The notes under the pieces are model-generated. The model was not told the origin of the DNA and searched no databases. It worked only from the letters and a program-made list of their open reading frames with translations. A DNA stretch of 60,411 bases, the filler included. It is 5 parts of 5 records of this genome, joined end to end, with 100 filler letters (N's around TTAATTAATTAA, not from the genome) between each part and the next. Parts side by side here need not be neighbours in the genome. Positions count along the whole stretch, not along the records: positions 40,241 to 49,436 come from DRR723986_1775; positions 49,537 to 60,411 come from DRR723986_1776; 3 more parts are not named here. One strand, 5' to 3'. The translations under genes and the position numbers were made by a program. This document shows, piece by piece, positions 43,441-51,768 of this stretch (its first letter is position 1; every line of letters begins with the position of its first letter).

Positions 43441-44547
43441 CTAGGCACTTGCCCGAACCCGCTCCGGAAAGGCATCTGCAATGGCCTTGCGGTTTGCCTC
43501 CAGCACGCCGCGCTCGGTGATGAGGCCGGTCACGAGACGGGCAGGGGTGACGTCAAAGGCCGGATTTCCGACAGGAGATCCGTCCGCAACGATGTCCACC
43601 GTTTCGATCTCGCCTGTGCTGGTGCGGCCGGTGATGCGGCTGACTTCTTCGCCGCCGCGTTCCTCGATCGGGATCTGCCGGATACCGTCCGACAGGGAAA
43701 AGTCGATGGTCGGTGACGGCAGCGCGACGTAGAAGGGCACACTGTTGTCCTTTGCAGCCAGTGCCTTCAGATAAGTACCGATCTTGTTGCAGACATCACC
43801 GGTGGCCGTGGTGCGGTCCGTTCCGGTGATCACGATATCGACCTCGCCATGCTGCATCAGGTGTCCGCCGGCATTGTCGACAATCACGGTGTGCGGGACA
43901 CCATGCTGACCGAGCTCCCAGGCGGTCAGAAAAGCCCCCTGATTGCGCGGTCGGGTTTCATCGACCCAGACATGAACAGGAATGCCGCCGTCATGGGACA
44001 TGTAGATTGGTGCTGTCGCGGTGCCCCAGTCGACGGTGGCCAGCCAGCCGGCATTGCAATGGGTGAGGATGTTGACCGGCTCACCGGCGCGTTTCAGCCG
44101 CGAGATCGCGGCAATCAGCTCCATCCCGTGCATGCCGATGGCCATGTTGATGGCGATGTCCTCGTCGCAGATGTCATTGGCCAGCTTGAAGGCGGCTTCC
44201 TCGCGGATTTCAGGTGCCAGCCGGACCAGTGTCCGACGCGCCTTGTCGAGGGCCCATTGCAGGTTGACCGCTGTCGGCCGGGTTTCCAGCAGGGACGAGC
44301 AGGCAGCATGGAGATTGTCGTCTGAGGCGTCGGTCCGCATGGCCAGCGCGACGCCGTAGGCGGCTGTTGCTCCAATCAAAGGCGCGCCGCGCACCTGCAT
44401 GAACCGGATCGCATGGGCGGCGTCTTCCATTGTATGCAGTCGGATGGTCTCGAACGTGTGCGGAAATCTGGTCTGATCGATGATCTCGACCGAGCCGCCA
44501 TCTTCCGCCAGCCAGATCGTGCGATATTTCTTGCCGTCCACGTTCAT
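43441..44547 (-). CDS. mtnA: Methylthioribose-1-phosphate isomerase
   Basis: [36 protein letters not shown] and NPAFDVTP motifs; start MNVDGK. Confidence 0.93.
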   Translation of the reverse strand: MNVDGKKYRTIWLAEDGGSVEIIDQTRFPHTFETIRLHTMEDAAHAIRFMQVRGAPLIGATAAYGVALAMRTDASDDNLHAACSSLLETRPTAVNLQWALDKARRTLVRLAPEIREEAAFKLANDICDEDIAINMAIGMHGMELIAAISRLKRAGEPVNILTHCNAGWLATVDWGTATAPIYMSHDGGIPVHVWVDETRPRNQGAFLTAWELGQHGVPHTVIVDNAGGHLMQHGEVDIVITGTDRTTATGDVCNKIGTYLKALAAKDNSVPFYVALPSPTIDFSLSDGIRQIPIEERGGEEVSRITGRTSTGEIETVDIVADGSPVGNPAFDVTPARLVTGLITERGVLEANRKAIADAFPERVRASA

Positions 44548-44641
44548 GAGCGAAACTCCGCAATCGCAATATGTTTTTTGCATAACCCATGAACAGGCTT
44601 CAGGCCAGTCGCGCGTTACTGGCGTGACTGTCAAAAATACC

Positions 44642-44766
44642 TTAATCTCCGTTAACCATGTTTGGATCATTGCCAGTGGATAGCTCGCAGGTGGAGGCCA
44701 TGCGGCTGTTTCACTCGGGATAGAGTCAGTTAAGACTTGATTCACCAACGGCAGTACAACGGAGTC
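44642..44766 (+). promoter_or_regulatory. Cell-cycle-type regulatory region (CtrA-like sites plus GANTC cluster)
   Basis: TTAA-N6-TTAACCAT (44642-44659), TTAA-N7-TTCAC (44730-44745), GANTC at 44723, 44739 and 44762. Confidence 0.5.
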
Positions 44767-44777
44767 ACGTGTACCCC

Positions 44778-45359
44778 ATGTCTGAAATGCAGGATAACGT
44801 TGTCCCACATACGCGCATGCGGTCCTTGCGCGATGCGATCCGGAAGGTTCAGCTTGGCGAAGTCGAACGGTCGGACGTGGTTGTTGAGCTCCAGGAGACC
44901 GAGCGTGCCCGGCTGGACATGCTTGCAGACGAACTCAAGGACGTTTTCAGGGAAATCCCGGAAGACGACGACCAGTTTTCCCTTCAGATCATATCCGGTT
45001 CCACGCCACGGCTCTGGATCGATGCGACCAGCCACGTCGCCGTTGGCGGTGACAGGCGCACCTATCGGTTCCTGAAGGACACGCGCCTCGGCCGGGTGGT
45101 CATTCTGGAAACGGCCAACATCGATGACATGGCAGACTGCCTGACCGAATATATTGCCGAACGCGTTCTGGAGCGGGAAAAGGCGCTGGAAGGCGACTGG
45201 CTCAACAACCGGCTGCGGCAGGTCGCGCTCGACAGCAAGGTCGTGCGTGTCAAGGAAAGCCGTACGCCCTGGATGGCGGTCGCTGGTGCCTTCGGGATCG
45301 GTCTTGCGGCGGGCGTCATCGGCCTCATCGTCTTTGCCTGGTTCGCCAACCCGCTCTAA
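44778..45359 (+). CDS. Conserved hypothetical protein with C-terminal membrane anchor
   Basis: [18 protein letters not shown] and YRFL.DTR.GR blocks; single C-terminal TM; GGAG SD. Confidence 0.8.
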   Translation: MSEMQDNVVPHTRMRSLRDAIRKVQLGEVERSDVVVELQETERARLDMLADELKDVFREIPEDDDQFSLQIISGSTPRLWIDATSHVAVGGDRRTYRFLKDTRLGRVVILETANIDDMADCLTEYIAERVLEREKALEGDWLNNRLRQVALDSKVVRVKESRTPWMAVAGAFGIGLAAGVIGLIVFAWFANPL

Positions 45360-45463
45360 GGCGGTTTTTGTGAACGACGTCCAACACTCTCCAGTCTCGG
45401 TCCTGGTTACCGCAAACCTGTGAGTGCCTTTCTGGGCAACTCGTCAGGCCTGCAGGAAGGGCC

Positions 45464-46402
45464 TCAGGGCTTGCTGCCCGGAATGGCGACTTCTCGTTCC
45501 GCGAGCAGCTTCACCGGCTCGTCTGGCGCGGCAAAGCCATGCTCTTCCATTTGGCAGGACCAGCCCTCGTTTGTCTTTTCGATCCGGAACAGGTTGTAGC
45601 GCGCCGCCGGTTTCTTGCCACCAGGTGCGCTTGTGGCAGATGGCACACCAACCACCGGGACGAGCCCGTCCGGTCCCTCGATATGCTCGAAACTGTCGAC
45701 ATGGGTGTGGCCATGCAAGATGAGCTCGGCACCGGCTCTCTTGACGACGGCGCGCACCCTGGAGGCGTCCGACAGGCGCTTGTGCCAACGGGTGGCATGG
45801 GGGAACGGCGGGTGATGCAGCATCACCACGCGGAAGAAACCCTCCCGGCCAAGGTCGTCGAGAATTGCCCGCAGACGCTTGCTCTGCTTGCTGCCGACAC
45901 GGCCCGTAGCGAACCAGGGGCCGCTGGCACGACCGGTCGTCACGCCGACAAGTGCGATACCGTCCCGCTTGCGCACATAGGGAAAGGTTGCTTCCGAGTT
46001 GGTGCCGTTTGACGGCACATTGCCTGCGCCATCGCCGCGCATGTACGGCCACCATGCCGCACGAGCCCTGCGCACGGCTCCAGGCACATAGGCGTCGTGG
46101 TTGCCCGGAACGACGGAGACATCCTCCGGCGGGCCGATATCTTCAAGCCAGGTTCGCGCACCGGAAATTTCCAGGGGCAGCGCGATATTCACCAGGTCGC
46201 CGGTGACGGCAATATGGTCGGGCGCCTGCGCCTGCATGTCATCGACGAGTTGTTCGAGATAACTGCCGCCCATGATCCTCGACCGGTTGCGGCGCCAGTT
46301 GAGGTAACCAAGGATCCGCTTGGAAAAAAGCTGCAGCAGCTTGGGGTCCGGAAGCGGGCCGAGATGGGGGTCGGAAAGATGGGCGAGCGTGAATGTGGAC
46401 AT
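45464..46402 (-). CDS. Metallophosphoesterase (calcineurin-like)
   Basis: SDPH, TGDLVN, PGNHD, HHPP and HGHTH motifs. Confidence 0.92.
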   Translation of the reverse strand: MSTFTLAHLSDPHLGPLPDPKLLQLFSKRILGYLNWRRNRSRIMGGSYLEQLVDDMQAQAPDHIAVTGDLVNIALPLEISGARTWLEDIGPPEDVSVVPGNHDAYVPGAVRRARAAWWPYMRGDGAGNVPSNGTNSEATFPYVRKRDGIALVGVTTGRASGPWFATGRVGSKQSKRLRAILDDLGREGFFRVVMLHHPPFPHATRWHKRLSDASRVRAVVKRAGAELILHGHTHVDSFEHIEGPDGLVPVVGVPSATSAPGGKKPAARYNLFRIEKTNEGWSCQMEEHGFAAPDEPVKLLAEREVAIPGSKP

Positions 46403-46416
46403 GGTCGCGCATCTTC

Positions 46417-46460
46417 AAAACGAAAAGCGCCGCGTCAAGGGGAAATGACGCGGCGCTTTC
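46417..46460 (-). terminator. Strong intrinsic terminator closing the two-sORF cassette
   Basis: 14-bp stem AAAGCGCCGCGTCA/TGACGCGGCGCTTT; on the - strand the loop is TTTCCCCT and the tail is T-rich. Confidence 0.8.
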
Positions 46461-46490
46461 AAGTGAGTTCAGGAACTGCCGGGAAACCGG

Positions 46491-46604
46491 TTACTTGACC
46501 GGTTTGACTGCCTTTGCGGCTTTCGGCGCTTTCTCGGTGTTATTGTCTGCGGAGCGCGTGGTTTCGCGCAGCGTCGCGCCAACAACATTCACGAATCCGA
46601 ACAT
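46491..46604 (-). CDS. Unannotated small protein B (37 aa)
   Basis: MFGFVNVVGATLRETTRSADNNTEKAPKAAKAVKPVK*; GGAGAAG SD just upstream of ATG; below the ORF-track cutoff. Confidence 0.65.
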   Translation of the reverse strand: MFGFVNVVGATLRETTRSADNNTEKAPKAAKAVKPVK

Positions 46605-46637
46605 GGGTCTTCTCCGTACAGGTTCCTTCGACCGACC

Positions 46638-46757
46638 TTAGTTGGTCGGGAAAGTGGTCAGGGTTGCGACGATGCGCGGGTTGGTCAGGTCGATAGCCGG
46701 CTTCCACTGGTAATTGTTGCGGTTGCGGCGGCGTTTTCCAAACAGAGCGTTCAACAT
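46638..46757 (-). CDS. Unannotated small protein A (39 aa)
   Basis: MLNALFGKRRRNRNNYQWKPAIDLTNPRIVATLTTFPTN*; AAGGA plus A-rich spacer before ATG; GC3-biased codons. Confidence 0.7.
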   Translation of the reverse strand: MLNALFGKRRRNRNNYQWKPAIDLTNPRIVATLTTFPTN

Positions 46758-46819
46758 TTTATTTTTCCTTCAGGTTCGGGCGGTCAGAAGGGCTGCCCTC
46801 GAATTCATCAACTTGCCCG

Positions 46820-46886
46820 ATATATATGCATGCGGTGCATAAAGGAGGAGCGTTATTCTCACGGGTCAGCCCTGCGGGGATTGCAT
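46820..46886 (-). promoter_or_regulatory. LysR-type operator/promoter of the sORF cassette
   Basis: Palindrome TATGCA-N5-TGCATA (46825-46841, contains T-N11-A) abutting CATATAT, plus upstream ATGC-N7-GCAG on the - strand (46872-46886). Confidence 0.55.
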
Positions 46887-46934
46887 GGGTTAAAAAAGTT
46901 TTATTTCCCCTCTGGATCCGGTAACGTCCTGAAA

Positions 46935-47420
46935 ATGTTGAAGATATTATCAGTTTTGCCGAAGTCGGTGACCACACGCCTGATCCAGGGAATTGGACTT
47001 GTCCGAAACCCGTTCACGCTTGGGGTGCGCGTGATCGTGGAAGACCGGGACAGCCGGGTCCTTCTGGTGCGGCACAGTTATGTCACGGGCTGGTATCTGC
47101 CGGGTGGGGGCGTGGACAAGGGCGAGACGATGGAAGAGGCTGCCTGCCGGGAGGTTCTGGAAGAAGCAGGTGTCGTCTCGGTCAGCCGCCCGCAGCTACT
47201 CAATATCTTCCTGAACCAGGAAGCGACAGGCCGGGATCATGTCGGCCTGTATCACATGCCCGAGTGGAGACAGGCGGACACCTTCCTTCAGCCCAATGCG
47301 GAAATCGAGGAAGCGGCATTCTTTGAGTTGGAGGCTTTGCCGGAGGGGCTTACGCGGTCCACAGCCCGGCGGCTTGACGAGTTTCGCTCCGGCCGCGAAC
47401 CGGAAAGCGGCAAGTGGTGA
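46935..47420 (+). CDS. NUDIX hydrolase
   Basis: Nudix box GGGVDKGETMEEAACREVLEEAG. Confidence 0.9.
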   Translation: MLKILSVLPKSVTTRLIQGIGLVRNPFTLGVRVIVEDRDSRVLLVRHSYVTGWYLPGGGVDKGETMEEAACREVLEEAGVVSVSRPQLLNIFLNQEATGRDHVGLYHMPEWRQADTFLQPNAEIEEAAFFELEALPEGLTRSTARRLDEFRSGREPESGKW

Positions 47421-47497
47421 GGCTTGCCGCCCCAAGGTCTGTCATGTCGTCTTCCGAGGTAAGCCGGAGCCGGCTCACCTGGAAATTTCAAACCTGA

Positions 47498-48472
47498 TCA
47501 GGCAGCAGCCTTGAAACGCTCACGGTCGTGAGGGCGGGTGAAATCCAGCGCTGGCCCGACAGGGACAATCCTGGTTGGATTCACACTCTCATGTGAGCCG
47601 TAGTAGTGCTGCTTGATCGTTGTCATATCGACCGTGTCTGCAACACCCGGGACCTGATAAAGCTCCCGCAGGTAGTTCGACAGGTTCGGATAGTCGTCGA
47701 TCCTGCGGATATTGCATTTGAAATGCCCGACATAAACCGCGTCGAAGCGCACCAGCGTCGTGAACAGTCGCCAGTCGGCTTCCGTCAGCTGGTCTCCGAC
47801 CAGATAGCGCTGACGGGACAGGCGATCTTCCAGCTCGTCCAGTGCCTTGAACAGTTCCGTGACGGCTTCTTCATAGGCTTCCTGTGTGGTCGCGAAACCG
47901 GACTTGTAAACACCGTTGTTGACGGCGTGATAGACGCGCTCGTTGATACTGTCGATTTCGGTGCGCAAGGCAGTCGGATAGAAATCAAGGTGTGAGCCGG
48001 TCAGGTCGTCGAACGCCGAGTTGAACATCCGGATGATCTCGGAGGACTCGTTGCTCACGATCGTGTTCTGGTGCTTGTCCCAGAGGATCGGCACGGTCGC
48101 ACGGCCGCTGTAGTGGGGGTCGGCCTTGGTGTAGACGTGCCAGGCGTATTTCGCGCCGGTCAGCGGATCTATCTCCGGAAACTCCCAGCCGTTCTCCAGC
48201 ATGAGCGGCTCTACGGCGGAGACGGAAATCAGGTCTTCCAGTTTCTTGAGCTTTCGGAATACCAGCGTGCGATGCGCCCAGGGGCAGGCATAGGAAACGA
48301 ACAGATGATAGCGATCCGCTTCAGCCTTGAAGCCGCCGTTGCCCGTGGGGCCGGCAGTCCCGTCCGCCGTGATCCAGTTCCGAAATGCCGCGTCCTTGCG
48401 GACGAAGCGTCCACCGGTGGATTTCGTGTCGTACCATTTGTCTTTCCAGACGCCGTCGACCAGCAGTCCCAT
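47498..48472 (-). CDS. Glutathionyl-hydroquinone reductase (YqjG-like GST)
   Basis: SYACPWAHR, TVPILWD, NESSEI, NNGVY and RFD.VY motifs; start MGLLVDG. Confidence 0.92.
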   Translation of the reverse strand: MGLLVDGVWKDKWYDTKSTGGRFVRKDAAFRNWITADGTAGPTGNGGFKAEADRYHLFVSYACPWAHRTLVFRKLKKLEDLISVSAVEPLMLENGWEFPEIDPLTGAKYAWHVYTKADPHYSGRATVPILWDKHQNTIVSNESSEIIRMFNSAFDDLTGSHLDFYPTALRTEIDSINERVYHAVNNGVYKSGFATTQEAYEEAVTELFKALDELEDRLSRQRYLVGDQLTEADWRLFTTLVRFDAVYVGHFKCNIRRIDDYPNLSNYLRELYQVPGVADTVDMTTIKQHYYGSHESVNPTRIVPVGPALDFTRPHDRERFKAAA

Positions 48473-48689
48473 GATGCGCTCCCTTGTTGTGCTTCGTCTG
48501 GTTAGGTTGTGCACACAGGCGGAAAATCAATCAATTGAATGCTCTGTTCCGGCTCGGTGAACAATCAGCGGACCGTTGAGAAGGGACAAAAAAGGCTGGA
48601 CCGAAGCAGCCATTGCGTGGTAACCGCTTCTCCTCTTTCTGGAAATATCGGCTTTCGAACACGCTGATATCGCAACGAGACTGGGATAA

Positions 48690-48761
48690 ATGACCGCAGG
48701 TCTTACGCTTCGACGACGAACCAGCCGACGAGATAACTCTCGTCCGCACCGTCGCGGCTGA
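48690..48761 (+). CDS. Putative Arg-rich leader peptide (23 aa) / structured 5' leader
   Basis: MTAGLTLRRRTSRRDNSRPHRRG*; 8 Arg, 5 of them CGA; GGGA upstream; nested hairpins. Confidence 0.55.
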   Translation: MTAGLTLRRRTSRRDNSRPHRRG

Positions 48762-48848
48762 CCTGATCCTGGATCTTCCTTACGTTTTATCCAGGCACTG
48801 GCAGGCGCGCATTTCTCCAAAGACTGCATGCTTGCTGGAACCAGCCAA

Positions 48849-49361
48849 ATGAAACAGACCACATGGGTCATCCGGCCCGAAGACGCGACCGACACTTCCG
48901 CAATTGACGATCTGCAGGCCGAAGCTTTCGGCCCAGGCCGGTTCGCACGAACCGCTTTCCGGATCCGCGAAGGCGTCCCGCACCGTCCGGATGTCTCTTT
49001 CGTCGGCCTTGCGGGTGAGCAGGTGGCAGGGTCAATCAGACTGACACCGATCAGGATTGGCGAGAGTGACGCCCTGCTACTCGGTCCATTGACCGTATCT
49101 CCCGACTTCAAGAACCGGGGTCTCGGCAAGGCGCTTATGCGTACGGCGATGGAAGCGGCGGCTGCGGCCGGAGACAAGGTCGTGCTGCTGGTCGGCGATG
49201 CGCCTTACTACAGCCCCTTCGGCTTTCAGCAGGTTCCGTTCGGACGCATTACGTTGCCCGGGCCCGTCGACCCGGCGCGGCTCCTCGTCGCGCTGTTGAA
49301 TGATGGCGACATTCCGAGCGGAATGGTGCACGGCGGAGCCTCTGCTGCGGTCGCTTCCTGA
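48849..49361 (+). CDS. GNAT family N-acetyltransferase (YhbS-like)
   Basis: FGPGRF..TA.R.RE, LLLGPL.V.P..K.RG.G and LVGD..YY..FGF motifs; alternative start at 48828. Confidence 0.88.
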   Translation: MKQTTWVIRPEDATDTSAIDDLQAEAFGPGRFARTAFRIREGVPHRPDVSFVGLAGEQVAGSIRLTPIRIGESDALLLGPLTVSPDFKNRGLGKALMRTAMEAAAAAGDKVVLLVGDAPYYSPFGFQQVPFGRITLPGPVDPARLLVALLNDGDIPSGMVHGGASAAVAS

Positions 49362-49404
49362 GGTTGTTTCTGCGTGACGCGGGGCGGGTTAACTGTGGGT
49401 GTGG

Positions 49405-49436
49405 CCCATCCTTCGAGACAGGCCTTCGGCCTTCCT
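49405..49436. repeat. Start of an alphaproteobacterial REP-like palindromic element at the contig end
   Basis: CCCATCCTTCGAGACAGGCCTTCGGCCTTCCT, truncated by the contig break, which is typical of repeat-caused assembly ends. Confidence 0.55.
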
Positions 49437-49536
49437 NNNNNNNNNNNNNNNNNNNNNNNNNNNNNNNNNNNNNNNNNNNNTTAATTAATTAANNNNNNNN
49501 NNNNNNNNNNNNNNNNNNNNNNNNNNNNNNNNNNNN
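49437..49536. other. Artificial contig spacer
   Basis: N44-TTAATTAATTAA-N44. Confidence 0.98.
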
Positions 49537-49971
49537 GCCCATGGCGACACGCTGGCGCTGTCCGCCTGAAAGTTGCTTGGGCAGGCGTGCTGTCAGATTG
49601 CTCAGGCCAAGTGTCCTGGCAGCTTCCTGCACCTTGCTTACCCGCTCCTCGTTGGCCGCTTTGCGGATTTCCAGCGAGAAGCCCATGTTCCGCGCCACAT
49701 CCATATGCGGATAAAGCGCATAGGACTGGAAAACCATGGCCATGTCACGATCACGGGGCGGCACTTCGTTCATGCGTTTGCCGTCTACCGTGAAGTCGCC
49801 TCCGGAAATCGGTTCCAGGCCGGCGATCATGCGCAGCAGAGTGGACTTGCCGCAGCCGGACGGGCCGACCAGTACGATGAATTCGCCATCATCGATGGAG
49901 AGGTTGATATTGCGCATAACCTCGACGGAGCCATAGGCCTTGGCGATGTTCTTGAGTTCGATACGAGCCAT
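49537..49971 (-). CDS. Carbohydrate (CUT1) ABC ATP-binding protein, MalK/UgpC-like (partial)
   Basis: GPSGCGKSTLLR, MVFQSYALYPHM and LSGGQRQR motifs. Confidence 0.92.
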
Positions 49972-49983
49972 GGTCTGGGTCTC

Positions 49984-50826
49984 CTACCCCTTGACGGCGC
50001 CAGAGGTAAGCCCCTGGACCAGATAGCGCTGGATGAAGATGAAGAACAGGCAGGACGGCACCAGTGCGAGCACGCCGGCGGCCATCATCTGCCCCCAGTC
50101 GACAGAGAACTTCGAAACGAAAGTCAGAAGCCCGACGGGGAAGGTCATGGTGTCGTTGGAGTTGATCAGCATGAGTGCGAAGAGCAGCTCGCTCCAGGCG
50201 GCGGTAAAGACGAAACCTAGCGTCGCCCCAAGCCCCGGAAGCGTCAGCGGCAGAATGATTTTCCTGAGCGCTTCGAAGCGGCTGCAACCGTCAATCATGC
50301 CGGCCTCCTCGAGATCCTTCGGAATGCCGTCAAAGAAGGACTGCATCAGGAAGGTGGCGAAGGGAATGTTGAAGGCCGTGTAGACGATGATCAGGCTGGT
50401 AAGCGAGTTCAGCAGGCCGATCGCTGCAACGATCTTGTAGATCGGGGCAATGATCATCAGAAGCGGAAACATCTGGGTGATCAGCATCAGGGCGATGATC
50501 AGCCGTTTGCCGCGAAAATCGAACCGCGAGAAAGCGTATCCGGCAGCCGCCGCAATCGCCGTGGTGATGGCCGCGGTGCCAATGGACACGATCACACTGT
50601 TCTTGAAATAGGACAGGAAATCCGTTGCGATCAGAACGGTCTGGAAATTCTCGAAGGTAAACTCGCTCGGAAAGAGCGCCGTCCCTTCCGTGAAGATCAG
50701 TTTGTCCGGCGTGATCGCGATCTTGACGAGCCAGTAGAGCGGGAAAAGCGCAAAGGCGACGTAAAACCCCAGAGCCAGATATTTTCCCGTGACCGCCAGA
50801 GGCGAGCTATTACGAAGCGCACTCAT
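49984..50826 (-). CDS. Carbohydrate ABC permease (MalG-like)
   Basis: IPKDLEEAGMIDG EAA loop; QRYLVQGLTSGAVKG C-terminus. Confidence 0.92.
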   Translation of the reverse strand: MSALRNSSPLAVTGKYLALGFYVAFALFPLYWLVKIAITPDKLIFTEGTALFPSEFTFENFQTVLIATDFLSYFKNSVIVSIGTAAITTAIAAAAGYAFSRFDFRGKRLIIALMLITQMFPLLMIIAPIYKIVAAIGLLNSLTSLIIVYTAFNIPFATFLMQSFFDGIPKDLEEAGMIDGCSRFEALRKIILPLTLPGLGATLGFVFTAAWSELLFALMLINSNDTMTFPVGLLTFVSKFSVDWGQMMAAGVLALVPSCLFFIFIQRYLVQGLTSGAVKG

Positions 50827-50835
50827 CGAAGCACC

Positions 50836-51768
50836 TCAGATCTTGACCAGTTTCCGGCGCAGCACCAGCAGGATTGCCGCATAGATCAGCAGCAGACCCA
50901 GGAGCGCGACCGCGATTGCGGAGGCATAGCCGAAATCGAGTTTCCGGAAGGCTGTTGTGAAAATATAGGTCGACAGGATCTGCGTCGAGTTTGCAGGTCC
51001 GCCGCCGGTCATGACGAAGATGAGATCGGCGAAATTCGCGATCCAGATCGTCCTCAGCATGACGGTGATTGCGATCATCGGTGCCAGGAACGGCAGCGTG
51101 ATCTTGGTGAAGGTCTGCCAGGCGGTCGCGCCGTCAATTTCCGCAGCCTCGTAAAGTTCGCCCGGGATGGACTGCAGCGCAGCCAGCAGTGTGATGGCGA
51201 AGAAGGGAATGCCGAACCAGACGTTTGCGGTCACAGGTCCCCACATGGCGAGGTCCTTGTCACCCAGGATGTTGAACGGCTCCGAAAGGATCCCGAGAGC
51301 AGCCAGCCAGTGTGGCAGTGGTCCGATGGTCGGGTTGAAGAGCCAGGCCCAGGTGAGAGCCGACAGGAACGTCGGTACGGCCCAGGGCAGAAAAACCAGT
51401 GCCTGAACAATGCGCTTGCCGTGGAACTGTGTGTTCAGCAGCATCGCGAGGCCAAGTCCCAGGAAGAACTGGAAGAAAATCGACCCGAGCGTCCACCAGA
51501 ACGTGTTGGTGAGCGCCAGCCAGAACTTCCGGTCAGACCACAGGGCCTCGAAGTTGGCGAAGCCGACCCAGCCCGACTGGAACGGGCGCAGCAGGTTGAC
51601 GGCCTGGAAGGCATAGGAAACGCCGATCACCAGCGGCACCAGCATCACCAGGGCAATCAGCACGATTGCCGGGGTCAGGTAGAGATAAGGCTCCACCATG
51701 TAACGGAAGTAGAAGGTGGGCCGAGCCCGGGATTTTTTCCCGGGCACGGCAGTGTCGATGGTGGTCAT
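50836..51768 (-). CDS. Carbohydrate ABC permease (MalF-like)
   Basis: LQSIP.ELYEAAEIDGA and TGGGP motifs; ATGA overlap with the SBP gene. Confidence 0.92.
   Translation of the reverse strand: MTTIDTAVPGKKSRARPTFYFRYMVEPYLYLTPAIVLIALVMLVPLVIGVSYAFQAVNLLRPFQSGWVGFANFEALWSDRKFWLALTNTFWWTLGSIFFQFFLGLGLAMLLNTQFHGKRIVQALVFLPWAVPTFLSALTWAWLFNPTIGPLPHWLAALGILSEPFNILGDKDLAMWGPVTANVWFGIPFFAITLLAALQSIPGELYEAAEIDGATAWQTFTKITLPFLAPMIAITVMLRTIWIANFADLIFVMTGGGPANSTQILSTYIFTTAFRKLDFGYASAIAVALLGLLLIYAAILLVLRRKLVKI

Noticed and set aside
44548-44808. N-terminal extension of MtnA
   Set aside because: Runs through the divergent promoter region. Homology-like sequence begins at MNVDGK (44547).
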